Source of the DNA: Pirellulales bacterium
Lineage (GTDB): Bacteria; Planctomycetota; Planctomycetia; Pirellulales; UBA1268
Length of the DNA stretch: 64,000 bases
Direction of reading: 5' to 3'
NCBI GenBank assembly: GCA_041744595.1
Contig: JBGTKO010000273.1
Location: forward strand, 14,644 to 78,643
Made by a program: the position numbers and the translations under genes. Below, piece after piece: positions 1 to 9,137 of this stretch. A model generated the notes under the pieces. That model did not search any database, was not told the DNA's origin, and saw only the letters and a program-made list of their open reading frames with translations. Within the stretch, counting starts at the first letter, position 1; each line of letters starts with the position of its first letter.

Positions 1-1017
1 GCCCTCGCGGGACCACGATTCCGAGGGCGTGATACGCAGGTGTATTTGCGGGACGGCCAGTTGTTAACCGGGCCGATCACCGCTCGTGGACTTCGGTTCG
101 CACTGACATCCGGACCGCACATCGATCTCGATTTTGCCATGGTGGATCGCATCGTCACGCGTGAGCAACCGGCCGCGGCCCCCCCCTATGCGGCCCTCCT
201 CGAAACTTTTGACGGAGACAGGCTCGCCCTCAACGCCGACACGGACCTGCACATCACCGTGGTGACGCCGTGGGGCAGCCGACGGCTTGCCCTGGGTGAT
301 ATCCGCTGGATCCGCAATGTGACGGATGAGCGGGCTGGCTTCGAAGTCTCCCTGACCGACGGCAGTCGCTTTCTCGCTTTCCTCGACGGCACGGCATTCA
401 AGGTCAACACGGTTGCCTTCGGTCCGCAGGAATTCCACACGAGTCAGATCAAGATGCTCAGCACCGAGGTTGTCACTCCGCCCGAAAGCAGGGACGACAA
501 ACGTGTGGATGAGCCCCACGTGGTCCTCGCTGGCGGGCAGGTGCTGGCCGGTCGCATCGATCTGAATGCGATATCACTCTTGACGCTGGGAGGAGTGATT
601 CCGGTGCCCCCTGAGCAGGTACAGATGATGCGAAACGTCACCGACGAGTCCGATTCGGTGCCCGGCCATTCGGGCGTGGTCTTCAGCGCTGAACTGTGGG
701 GCGGCGGCACGGTGGTTGGCCGCTATCAGGCTGCGTCCCTTCCTGTCCGTTTCGGGAGTGGCGTATGGCACCTTCCCGCGGGGACTATCTCCGAAGTGGC
801 CGTGCCGACTCCAGTCGTCTCCGAGGCGACCTCCATTCGCGCGATTCAGTTGGTTCGCGACCTAGGCGATCCCGACTGGAACCGCCGCGAGTCGGCCCAG
901 CGAGAGTTGACATCCCTGGGCCCCCTGGCTTCGGGTGCGCTTCGTGAAGCGAGCACCCAGAGCAAGGATGCCGAAGTCCGACGCCGAGCGAGCATGATCC
1001 TTGACCAGATCGATTGA
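1..1017 (+). CDS. Hypothetical repeat-domain protein with C-terminal HEAT-like repeat; 5' end probably outside the window
   Basis: ORF 40..1017 starts at GTG, but the frame stays open back to nt 1. It has five ~45-60 aa internal repeats (LRDGQLLTGPI, FDGDRLALNAD, LTDGSRFLAFLDG, LAGGQVLAGRIDL, LWGGGTVVGRY). The C-terminus DPDWNRRESAQRELTSLGPLASGALREA..DAEVRRRASMIL looks like a HEAT/PBS-lyase-type repeat. Confidence 0.6.
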   Translation, partial: ALAGPRFRGRDTQVYLRDGQLLTGPITARGLRFALTSGPHIDLDFAMVDRIVTREQPAAAPPYAALLETFDGDRLALNADTDLHITVVTPWGSRRLALGDIRWIRNVTDERAGFEVSLTDGSRFLAFLDGTAFKVNTVAFGPQEFHTSQIKMLSTEVVTPPESRDDKRVDEPHVVLAGGQVLAGRIDLNAISLLTLGGVIPVPPEQVQMMRNVTDESDSVPGHSGVVFSAELWGGGTVVGRYQAASLPVRFGSGVWHLPAGTISEVAVPTPVVSEATSIRAIQLVRDLGDPDWNRRESAQRELTSLGPLASGALREASTQSKDAEVRRRASMILDQID

Positions 1018-1034
1018 ATCCCAGCGAGTGTACG

Positions 1035-2888
1035 ATGCCCAGACGCACGCTGACATTTCGTGACGCAGCCCGCGGCGCGGCCCGGCGGCTGGCGCTCCGC
1101 ACCGGCGTCACCGTGTTGCATCAGACCTCAGCGTTGGTCTGTGGCGGCTTGGTCTTGGCCATGGTCGCGGTCTGGCTCCGCGGTGGATACCACACCCAGT
1201 GGCCCTGGGTCACTCTCGGCCTTGCCGTGTGGATGGTGGCGACAGCGATCCACGCGTGGTTCACCCGTCCTCCGCCACTCACGGCCCTCGCGGTGTGGGA
1301 CCACACGGCTGGCCGAGGCGAAGCATTCCTGTCGGCATACTGCTTTGAGGGCGAGACCTCACCCGATGCGGCGAAGCTGGTCCATCTCACGCGAGCCCGC
1401 GAGTCGCTCGCCGAGGCGTGGCCAGCTCTTTGGCGGGAACTGCCCTTGCCGCGATGCCGCCGCGTGCTCGCACTCCCGCCGCTCCTGGTGGGGCTCGCTG
1501 TCTCTGGGCTCCTCGTGGCCCCGCTGCCTCGTGACATGGTACCGCTCGATGCAACTGCTTTGGCTCGCACGCGGGAAGTGGGGAAGTCCCTCACCGACAG
1601 GCAAAAGGACATCAGTCGCCTTGACGGCATGACGCCGAAAGAGCGTGAGGCAGCCCGCGAACTCGAGCGTGCGATGAGTGACACCGCAGGGCGACTTGCC
1701 AAGAACGATACCCAGACGCCGGAGGGCGTGCTCTCCGAGCTCGACGCCCTGGCACGTCAGGCGGAGGCACTCGCCAAGGCGATGGGGGGCGATGCAAAGT
1801 CGCTCAGTGTCTCGATGATCGAGGAGCTCGAGCGGCATGCCGACACGACAGATTTTGGGGCGGCGATCCGCGCTTCCCAGACCGACAAAATAGCCGAGGA
1901 GGCCCGTGCCATTGCGGAGCGTCTCGAGTCGAAAACGCTGACGCTCGATGAGCAGCGGCGGTTCGAGGATGCGCTCGACCGGGCGATGAAGGCTGCCGAT
2001 GAAACCGATCGTGAGAACACCATCGGCGCGAAGCTTGAGGCCGCACATCACAACCTGAAGGCCGGCGAGCCTGACGAGGCCGGTGAGCGATTCGACGAGC
2101 TGGCCCAGCAATTCGATCGTGTTCACCAGCGACAACAAGCCGCCGAGCGGCTGGAGCAACTGGCACAGGAGCTCCGAGGCGGTGGGCAACGGATCATGCA
2201 GGCAGGTGAACAGGGTATAGAGCAGCTGGCCCAGGCGCCTGGTTTGGCGATACGTCCGATGCACGGCGGCGACAGGGACGATGACCACTCAATGCCGCAG
2301 GCCCTCATGCCGCTGGCCGATATGCCAGCCCCCGGATCTGGCGAGCCGCTGGATGCCGCGATGCTGGTGCCAAGCGGTGGTGCTCCTGTGCCCGGGGAGC
2401 CCGATGCCATGACGCTCGCCGGGGAGGGCGCGGCCGCTGGCGAGCCACCGGTGCCTGGCCTCGGACTGAACGAAAACCCTGTTCCCGGCGATGGCGGCGG
2501 GATGGCGCCAGGCATCGCACCAGTGCCAGGAGTCGTGGGTGGAGTCGTGGCTGGTAGCGCACCGATGCCTGGCGCCATGGCCGGCGGTCTCCAGGCGGGC
2601 CATGGCACAGCCAAGCTTGGGGCAGATCCCACCAAGCCTCATGAGGCCACCGGCACCGCGACGGTTGCCGCCGCTCCTGCCAATCCGGGGACATCGACGA
2701 CGCAGGTTATTGACGGCCGCCTTCATCGGGAAGATACCGTCCGCGCCCGTCGCGAGTCAGCCATGGCGTTCATCGCTGCCGAAGAAGAGGCCCTTCACGC
2801 TGAGCCACTACCCGCATCGCGACGCGAGCAGGTGCTCCGCTATTTCACCATGCTCAGGGAGCAACTGGAACATGATCACCGCCCTTGA
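1035..2888 (+). CDS. Membrane-anchored coiled-coil / Pro-Gly-rich hypothetical protein (upstream gene of the MoxR operon)
   Basis: ATG at 1035 lies inside ORF 1014..2888. There are two hydrophobic helices (VCGGLVLAMVAVWL, WVTLGLAVWMVATAIHAW). A long charged helical region follows (EREAARELERAM, AERLEQLAQELRGG), then a low-complexity PVPG/APMPG tract. The 3' end overlaps the moxR start by 17 nt. Confidence 0.65.
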   Translation: MPRRTLTFRDAARGAARRLALRTGVTVLHQTSALVCGGLVLAMVAVWLRGGYHTQWPWVTLGLAVWMVATAIHAWFTRPPPLTALAVWDHTAGRGEAFLSAYCFEGETSPDAAKLVHLTRARESLAEAWPALWRELPLPRCRRVLALPPLLVGLAVSGLLVAPLPRDMVPLDATALARTREVGKSLTDRQKDISRLDGMTPKEREAARELERAMSDTAGRLAKNDTQTPEGVLSELDALARQAEALAKAMGGDAKSLSVSMIEELERHADTTDFGAAIRASQTDKIAEEARAIAERLESKTLTLDEQRRFEDALDRAMKAADETDRENTIGAKLEAAHHNLKAGEPDEAGERFDELAQQFDRVHQRQQAAERLEQLAQELRGGGQRIMQAGEQGIEQLAQAPGLAIRPMHGGDRDDDHSMPQALMPLADMPAPGSGEPLDAAMLVPSGGAPVPGEPDAMTLAGEGAAAGEPPVPGLGLNENPVPGDGGGMAPGIAPVPGVVGGVVAGSAPMPGAMAGGLQAGHGTAKLGADPTKPHEATGTATVAAAPANPGTSTTQVIDGRLHREDTVRARRESAMAFIAAEEEALHAEPLPASRREQVLRYFTMLREQLEHDHRP

Positions 2889-3909
2889 TTCGCCCCCTCA
2901 GGCCATGAGCATCGACGAACTGTCGCGACGCATGGAGGGCTTTCGCACGCGATTCACCGCGCTGCGGGATGAGCTGGCGCGGGCGATCGTCGGCCACGAG
3001 GAACTGGTCACGGATTGCCTCATCGCCATCTTCAGCCAGGGGCACGTGCTGCTTGAGGGGGTGCCGGGGCTGGGCAAGACCTTTCTGGTCCGCATGTTTG
3101 CCAAGGTGCTGGGCATGAGTTTTGGGCGTGTCCAATGCACGCCCGACCTGATGCCCGCCGACATTCTCGGCACGCACATCGTGAACGAAAACGAGGATGG
3201 GCGGCGGGTGTTCGAGTTTGAGAAGGGGCCTGTCTTTCGCCACCTGCTCTTGGTCGACGAAATCAATCGGGCAACACCCAAAACCCAGGCTGCGATGCTC
3301 GAAGTCATGCAGGAGAGGAGCGTGACGGCCGGCCGTGAACGCTTCGAGCTGCCACGTCCGTTCTTCGTGCTCGCCACCCAGAACCCGCTGGAAATGGAGG
3401 GGACCTATCCTCTCCCCGAAGCCCAGCTCGATCGCTTTTTCTTCAAGCTGAAAGTCCCGTTCCCCGGCGTCAAGGAGCTCGTCGAGATTTCTAAGCGAAC
3501 GACGGGCTTCAACGAGGTCGATCTCAGCATGGTCATGGAGGCTGACGAACTGGTGCAGATGCAGGAACTGCTGACCCATGTGCCGGTGGCTGACCCGCTG
3601 ACGCACTACGCGGCGTCTTTGATCCTGGCAACGCATCCCGATGGTAGCAACACGTTGCCGAGCGTCGGGCGGTATGTGTCGTATGGGGCCAGCCCGCGTG
3701 GCCTTCAGGCATTGATTCGCGGGGCCCGAGCGAGGTGCTTGTTAGGGGGCCGCACCGCCGTGTCCCTCGACGATATACGCACGATCGCGCGGCCCGCCCT
3801 CCGCCACCGCGTGGTGCTCAATTTTGAGGGACAGGCCGAGTCGATCAACCCCGACACGATCGTGGACGATGTGATCAAGCACACGAGGCCGCCCGCCGCA
3901 ACCGCATGA
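2872..3909 (+). CDS. MoxR-family AAA+ ATPase
   Basis: Walker A GVPGLGKT, Walker B LLLVDEINRA and ATQNPLEMEGTYPLPEAQLDRF are typical of MoxR/AAA_3. The ATG at 2872 is in frame within ORF 2491..3909. The upstream part of that ORF is an Arg/Pro-rich shadow of the preceding gene. Confidence 0.95.
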   Translation: MITALDSPPQAMSIDELSRRMEGFRTRFTALRDELARAIVGHEELVTDCLIAIFSQGHVLLEGVPGLGKTFLVRMFAKVLGMSFGRVQCTPDLMPADILGTHIVNENEDGRRVFEFEKGPVFRHLLLVDEINRATPKTQAAMLEVMQERSVTAGRERFELPRPFFVLATQNPLEMEGTYPLPEAQLDRFFFKLKVPFPGVKELVEISKRTTGFNEVDLSMVMEADELVQMQELLTHVPVADPLTHYAASLILATHPDGSNTLPSVGRYVSYGASPRGLQALIRGARARCLLGGRTAVSLDDIRTIARPALRHRVVLNFEGQAESINPDTIVDDVIKHTRPPAATA

Positions 3910-6900
3910 GACTCCAGTGGATGTCACGCCCGATTCCCTTCCGTCGATCGCCAAGCCTTTGTGCGGTCGTCGTCGTCCTCCTCGCCGCTGCTGTCGCATG
4001 TGCCCAAAGCGGTGAGGCCCTGATGCAGCAGAGCCTTCCTCTGAGGAAGGCCCTTCATCATGACCCGACGTTGGCCGCCCCGCTCACTGCATTGGTGAAG
4101 CTGTACCGCGACGCCAATCAGGCGGATGCGTTGGTCGCGCTCTATCGCAAACACCTCGACCAGTGGCCGCAGGACGCCGGGGCGCGGATCGTGCTGCTTC
4201 GCGTCCTGCGGGCGATGGGCGACCCGGAAGCAGGTCCTGCCGCCAAAGCCACTGCCGAGCGGCTGCCTGAGGTGCCGTTCGTGCAGTATCTGCTCGCCGA
4301 ACAGTTGGACGCCGATGGTGACCCTGCTGCCCTCGACGCCCTGGATCGAGCGATCGGCCTGGAGACGTCCACCTCGCGAAAGCGGCAGTGGATCGACGAA
4401 TTACTGCCAAAGGCGGCGACCCAGCGACGCGACGATCTCCTCGACAAGTATCTCGACGTTCTCGCCGGCATGGTCGGCGATTCACCACAGGCGGTGGCGG
4501 AGGTCGCCTCAGTCATGATGCGGCACGCCCGCCATGCCGCCGCCTTGACGCTGCTGGACGATGGGCTCGATCGGCAGCCGGCCCCGGAAGTCATGGTGGA
4601 GATGGAGTTGCTCGCGGCCGACGCAGAGGTCGGGCTGAACCGAGCCGGCGACGCCGGTCGTCGACTCGAAGCACTGCTCGGAAAAGTTGCCCATGATTAC
4701 TGGCGACGGGATGAAATTCTCCGGCGGCGCATCGCGCTGGTCACCGACGCCAAGGAGCGTCATTCGATGATCGATCAGGCTCGCCAGCGACTCGCGGCTC
4801 GACAGGACAGCCCGGTGGCGGTATTGGACCTGGCGCGGCTGCTCGAGGGCTTTGAGATGCGACGTGACGCTCTGGACGTTCTGCTCGACGCGTCACCACG
4901 GCTGCCCGAATCGCCGCACATCGAAAACGCCACGCTCGCGCTCTTCGACGTGCTGCGGGATGATCGGGGCCGCGCCGAGTATTTGGCCAAGCGTCTCGAG
5001 CTCCAGCCCAATCGCGATGACCTTGCCGATCGCTATGCCCGAACGCTCTATGTGCTGGGCAGGCGGGACGAGGCGAAGCGGCTGCTGACGCCACGATTGG
5101 CGGCGATGGCTGAGGGACCGCGGCTGAACCGGCTCCTCGAGATGGCGAGGTTTGTCCGCCGCACGGCATTGCCCCGGGATGCCGTGGACCTGTTCACCCA
5201 GGCGGTCGCGATGGCGCCGGACCGACTCGATGTGCGTCGAGAGCTCGCGGAGGTGTATCTGGCACTCGACAGCCAACGCGAAGCCGCCGCACTCTTCGCC
5301 GAACCGCTCCCGCCAGACGCAACGATCGAAAACCTTCTCGATCTCGTGGGGCTGCTCATCGACAAGGGCATGTACCCCGAAGCACGTCGGGCCTTGCGGG
5401 CTCGGATCCCTGTCGAGCCGGTCAATCTGGAACTGCGTCTGCTGTTGCTCAAGGTCGAAGGTGAGTTGGGTGATGTCCGCAGCGGACGCGAGCTGAGCGC
5501 CGCCGCGCGGCCGCTTGCAGATACCGCCGCGCGATACCGAAGCTGGCTTGAAGCGACATTGCAGTTCCATGACGTATTCGATTCGGCGGACGTTTTTCTT
5601 GAAGAGGAGTTTCAGACGCTGCAGGGTGAGACGGCCACTCTGACGCCCGAAGACGTCGAGCGACGCATGGTGTTCGTGGACGTGGTCGACGCCGGGCCGA
5701 TGGCCGCTGCCGTGCATGCCATGCTTCGTCAGATGCTCTCCGAGCCGCCAGAGGGCACTCAGCCGCCGTGGCGGCCCTCGGTTCGACGGAGGCTGATTGC
5801 CCTGCTGACCGCAGCGTCTGCTCCCGAGGAGCGTGGCGAACTGAAGTCCCAACTCGAAGCCCTCGCCGACGAGGAACCGGCCGCGCGGCCTGAGGTTCAG
5901 GCACGACTGGTGGTGCTCATGGCGACTGAGGGGCGAAGCCAGGACATCGCGAGCCTCCTCCCGTCCATCGATCTCTCGGCCATTGATGATCCTCAGCTTC
6001 TCGAGAAACTGGTCGCCGTGCTCACGCAGTATGGTCACGTCGCCAGGCTCGGCGACGTGTACGAGCGGATCGCACGCGTCGATCCTGCCAACCGAGCGGC
6101 CTGGGAGCACTGGCTCTCGGCGCTGGCGATGCGGCGGGACGAGGATCGCCTTCGGCTTGCGATCCGTCGCTTGATGGTAGGCATCGATCGCATGCCGCTT
6201 TCCGAGGAGACGCAGGCGACGCTCGCACGTGGTCTGGAAGAATCCTACTGGCGGTCGATTGCACGCCTTCTGGCGATGGAAGGCGAAGCTCCCGCAGCCG
6301 ATGCGTTGGCGCTGCTCGATGCCGCAGGACGCATCAGCGGGTCGGATGCCCAGGCGATGTGGGTCACCTGGTGCCGCGGCCGCGTGCTCGAGCGGCTTGG
6401 CCGTTCTGATGAACGCGACCAGGCGCTCGCCGAGTTGGACCGTCTGGCGCGGGCGGGCCGGCCCGTTGATGCGAAGGCACCAGCTCGCGTGAGCTTTCCC
6501 AGCGGGCTCGGCATGTCGATCGACACGGCCAGACGCATGCTGACCGGTCCGTTGCCGTCGCACCAGAATTCGCCGGCGGATGCGTCGGGGGCTCCCCGCG
6601 GCCCGGTTCCCGATGACGGCCGTCTCGACGTGCTGTGGCGATTTGACTCACCAGGACAGGTCCCTGTGCTGGCGGTGCTCGACCCAGGCGACGGTCGACT
6701 GCTCCTCGTGGACGCCACGGGAACGATATGGGGGGTCAGTGCAGCCACCGGAAAAGTGCTTTGGCAAAGAGAACGGGCGATCCCTTCGGTGGCGTTGGGC
6801 CAAGCCAGTGTTGCGGGGACCGATCAGTATGGCCGTCCGTACCACGTCAACGGCCTCAACCGAGTCACACCGCCGCTGCTCGATGCCGATCGGCTCTACC

Positions 6901-8168
6901 ATGGAAGTGGTGGAGCGGTCGTGTGCCTGGCAGCTGATGACGGACGTGTGCTGTGGCAGACGCTCATGCTGACGGGTGGGCCTTCCGCTGGAGCAGGAAT
7001 CTCGCCGCTGAGTCTGACCGTACACGGTAGACACCTCTGGGCGTACGACCCTACGGACCACAAGCTGCTGGTCATCGATCGCGACACCGGCAAGCTCACG
7101 GACGAATGGGCGTTGACGGCCAGCCCATCGAGGTCGCCGGGAGCCGGGGCACCCATGGCCGCCTGTTGCGGTGCGTGGCGGCATGGCCCGACATGGCTTG
7201 TGTACGGCACCAGCGCCAGCATCGTCGATCTGGATCGCCGGGAAGAGGTCTGGTCATTCGCCTCTGCGGAGAGCGGCCAGTTTCCCCTGCGACTGGAGGC
7301 TCCCGCGGATCGCGGGAGCCCGGCGGTGACGATGAGACCTGGATCGGGTGGATCATCGGGAGCGCCGTCACCCTCGGGCTTTGTGGTTGGGCAATCTGCC
7401 GCGCCGTTCGGAAGGCCCGGTCACCCTGCCAGCGGCCCGGCTCCGGTTCGAATTGTGAATATGACACAGCCCAACCTCAACGCGAGCATGCCATCCCGTC
7501 AGACCCCCGTGGCGCTCACGCTTCCGGCCAACGCCTGGGCAAACCTGTCGAGCGTTGGAGGCCAGCCGCGTCTCGGAATCATGACCGGCGAGCGACTTCT
7601 GTTGGCGAGTGGGCAGGGCTCGGTGCTGCTTCCGCTCGATCTGCCCCTGTCGGGCACCTCGGTGGCTATCGGTGGCACATTCATCGGGCTGGAGGGTTCG
7701 CGGGCATGTTTTCTTGACGCCCAAGGGCTCAGCACGGTCATGCTGGAGACAGGGCAGGTCGAGCGAATTCCGTTGGGCGGCCCGCAGCACGGACAGGGAG
7801 TTCGGGGGGGAGTTGGGGGAACGCGGCGGGCCGCGGTGCTTGATGGCCCGCTGGCCTATGTCACGGAGCCAGGTGGCGTTACCGGTATCAATGTGGTCAC
7901 CGGACGACGTGTGTTTGAGGCATCCTGGCCGAAGGACGTGGTCGATGCCCCAGTCGCGCCAGGGCAGGGAGGACAGGCCACAGGGCGGGGAGGACAGGCC
8001 ACAAACGTCAATTACATGCTCGGCGGTATCAGCCTCATGGTGCCGGGCCAGGGGCACTGGGGCGCGATGATGCCGCCGGTCGATTGCATCACGGCTGGCG
8101 GGACGCTGATCACGAGCCCCGTGCCCGGCCGCATCCTCGCCGTGGGCGTCCTCCGCCAGGCACCATGA
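3906..8168 (+). CDS. Large secreted TPR-repeat protein with C-terminal PQQ/BamB-like beta-propeller
   Basis: ATGA overlap with the moxR stop. Signal-like N-terminus (LCAVVVVLLAAAVACAQS). About 850 aa of helical TPR-like repeats (ALVALYRKHLDQWPQDAGARIVLLRVLRAMGD etc.). Then propeller-type repeats (GTIWGVSAATGKVLWQRE, VVCLAADDGRVLWQT, LLVIDRDTGKLTDEW). Confidence 0.85.
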   Translation: MRLQWMSRPIPFRRSPSLCAVVVVLLAAAVACAQSGEALMQQSLPLRKALHHDPTLAAPLTALVKLYRDANQADALVALYRKHLDQWPQDAGARIVLLRVLRAMGDPEAGPAAKATAERLPEVPFVQYLLAEQLDADGDPAALDALDRAIGLETSTSRKRQWIDELLPKAATQRRDDLLDKYLDVLAGMVGDSPQAVAEVASVMMRHARHAAALTLLDDGLDRQPAPEVMVEMELLAADAEVGLNRAGDAGRRLEALLGKVAHDYWRRDEILRRRIALVTDAKERHSMIDQARQRLAARQDSPVAVLDLARLLEGFEMRRDALDVLLDASPRLPESPHIENATLALFDVLRDDRGRAEYLAKRLELQPNRDDLADRYARTLYVLGRRDEAKRLLTPRLAAMAEGPRLNRLLEMARFVRRTALPRDAVDLFTQAVAMAPDRLDVRRELAEVYLALDSQREAAALFAEPLPPDATIENLLDLVGLLIDKGMYPEARRALRARIPVEPVNLELRLLLLKVEGELGDVRSGRELSAAARPLADTAARYRSWLEATLQFHDVFDSADVFLEEEFQTLQGETATLTPEDVERRMVFVDVVDAGPMAAAVHAMLRQMLSEPPEGTQPPWRPSVRRRLIALLTAASAPEERGELKSQLEALADEEPAARPEVQARLVVLMATEGRSQDIASLLPSIDLSAIDDPQLLEKLVAVLTQYGHVARLGDVYERIARVDPANRAAWEHWLSALAMRRDEDRLRLAIRRLMVGIDRMPLSEETQATLARGLEESYWRSIARLLAMEGEAPAADALALLDAAGRISGSDAQAMWVTWCRGRVLERLGRSDERDQALAELDRLARAGRPVDAKAPARVSFPSGLGMSIDTARRMLTGPLPSHQNSPADASGAPRGPVPDDGRLDVLWRFDSPGQVPVLAVLDPGDGRLLLVDATGTIWGVSAATGKVLWQRERAIPSVALGQASVAGTDQYGRPYHVNGLNRVTPPLLDADRLYHGSGGAVVCLAADDGRVLWQTLMLTGGPSAGAGISPLSLTVHGRHLWAYDPTDHKLLVIDRDTGKLTDEWALTASPSRSPGAGAPMAACCGAWRHGPTWLVYGTSASIVDLDRREEVWSFASAESGQFPLRLEAPADRGSPAVTMRPGSGGSSGAPSPSGFVVGQSAAPFGRPGHPASGPAPVRIVNMTQPNLNASMPSRQTPVALTLPANAWANLSSVGGQPRLGIMTGERLLLASGQGSVLLPLDLPLSGTSVAIGGTFIGLEGSRACFLDAQGLSTVMLETGQVERIPLGGPQHGQGVRGGVGGTRRAAVLDGPLAYVTEPGGVTGINVVTGRRVFEASWPKDVVDAPVAPGQGGQATGRGGQATNVNYMLGGISLMVPGQGHWGAMMPPVDCITAGGTLITSPVPGRILAVGVLRQAP
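7960..8001 (+). repeat. Tandem 21-nt direct repeat x2 (one mismatch) inside the TPR/propeller CDS
   Basis: cagggcagggaggacaggcca (7960-7980) is followed directly by cagggcggggaggacaggcca (7981-8001). This encodes an in-frame 7-aa duplication, QGGQATG / RGGQATN. Confidence 0.9.
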
Positions 8169-9088
8169 CCATGAATGGCTCCGCCCCACATGCCGTGGAT
8201 CCGACGCTCTTTGACGCTCGCTTTCTGGGGCAGCTCCGCTCGCTGTTTTTCCAGCTCCGCAAGCGCCGGCAGATGCGACGTCGCGGCGTGCAGCCGACGC
8301 CCGCCACCGGCTTCACGAGGCAGTTCAAGGACCACCGCCAGTATGTGCGGGGCGACGACTATCGCGGCATCGACTGGCGGCTGTATGCCCGGCTGGAAAA
8401 GCTCTTCATTCGGCTCTTCGAGGAGATTCAGGAGTTCCACGTTCACATCCTTGTCGATGCCAGTGTCTCCATGATCGATCCGTATCCGGGGAAGCGGGGC
8501 GCGGCCCTCCGCATGGCGGCGGCGCTGGCGTACCTGGCCATGATCAGCCAGCACCGCGTATCAGTCATGAGCATGGCGACGGCCGTCGCGCGGCAGACGC
8601 CTCCCCTGAAAGGGCCCGGTCACATTCGCAGTCTGCTTCAGCAGTTGGCCGCGATCCCGTTTGACGGCGTGACCGATCTGGACAACGCCCTGGGCCACTT
8701 CCGCATCAACACTGATCGTCGGGGCATCGTGTTTGTCATCTCGGACCTGTTTGGACGATCGATCGAACAGGCTCAGCAGGCAATGACGCACGCGGCGCAC
8801 TGGCCGGCTGAAACGCACGTGATTCACATTATGGATCCGGCAGAACTGAACCCCGAGTTCCTGGGGGAATGGCAGTTGCTGGATGTGGAAACCCAGGAAA
8901 TGCGACGCTTCTGCCTTACCCGCCGAGACATGGATCGTTATGGGGAGCTGGTCACCGCCTTCCGGGACGGCCTTCAGAAGACATGCATGCAACGGGGCAT
9001 CGACTACATGCCGTGGACCACCGATCGATCCTTCGAAGACATGTTCCTCTCGCTCCTGTCGCGAGGCAGCGCCCTGGCTGGGCCGTAG
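8165..9088 (+). CDS. DUF58 domain protein (MoxR-associated, vWA-like fold)
   Basis: ATGA overlap with the preceding stop (8165-8168). Motif RQYVRGDDYRGIDWRLYARLEKLFIRLFEE is characteristic of DUF58, followed by VHILVDASVSM. This is the usual genomic partner of MoxR. Confidence 0.9.
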   Translation: MTMNGSAPHAVDPTLFDARFLGQLRSLFFQLRKRRQMRRRGVQPTPATGFTRQFKDHRQYVRGDDYRGIDWRLYARLEKLFIRLFEEIQEFHVHILVDASVSMIDPYPGKRGAALRMAAALAYLAMISQHRVSVMSMATAVARQTPPLKGPGHIRSLLQQLAAIPFDGVTDLDNALGHFRINTDRRGIVFVISDLFGRSIEQAQQAMTHAAHWPAETHVIHIMDPAELNPEFLGEWQLLDVETQEMRRFCLTRRDMDRYGELVTAFRDGLQKTCMQRGIDYMPWTTDRSFEDMFLSLLSRGSALAGP

Positions 9089-9137
9089 CAGCCAGCCAGG
9101 CGTGGATGTCGCGACCAACGACCCATGAGTCACTTTC

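Noticed and set aside
2491-2871. N-terminal extension of the MoxR ORF
   Set aside because: It overlaps the 3' end of the preceding gene in another frame, and the composition is implausible. MoxR-family proteins begin near the chosen ATG 2872.
4893-6563. 556-aa minus-strand ORF
   Set aside because: It lies entirely antisense to the TPR/propeller gene. The composition is Arg/Pro/His/Gly-rich with no recognisable motifs. This is a typical shadow ORF of a GC-rich coding region.
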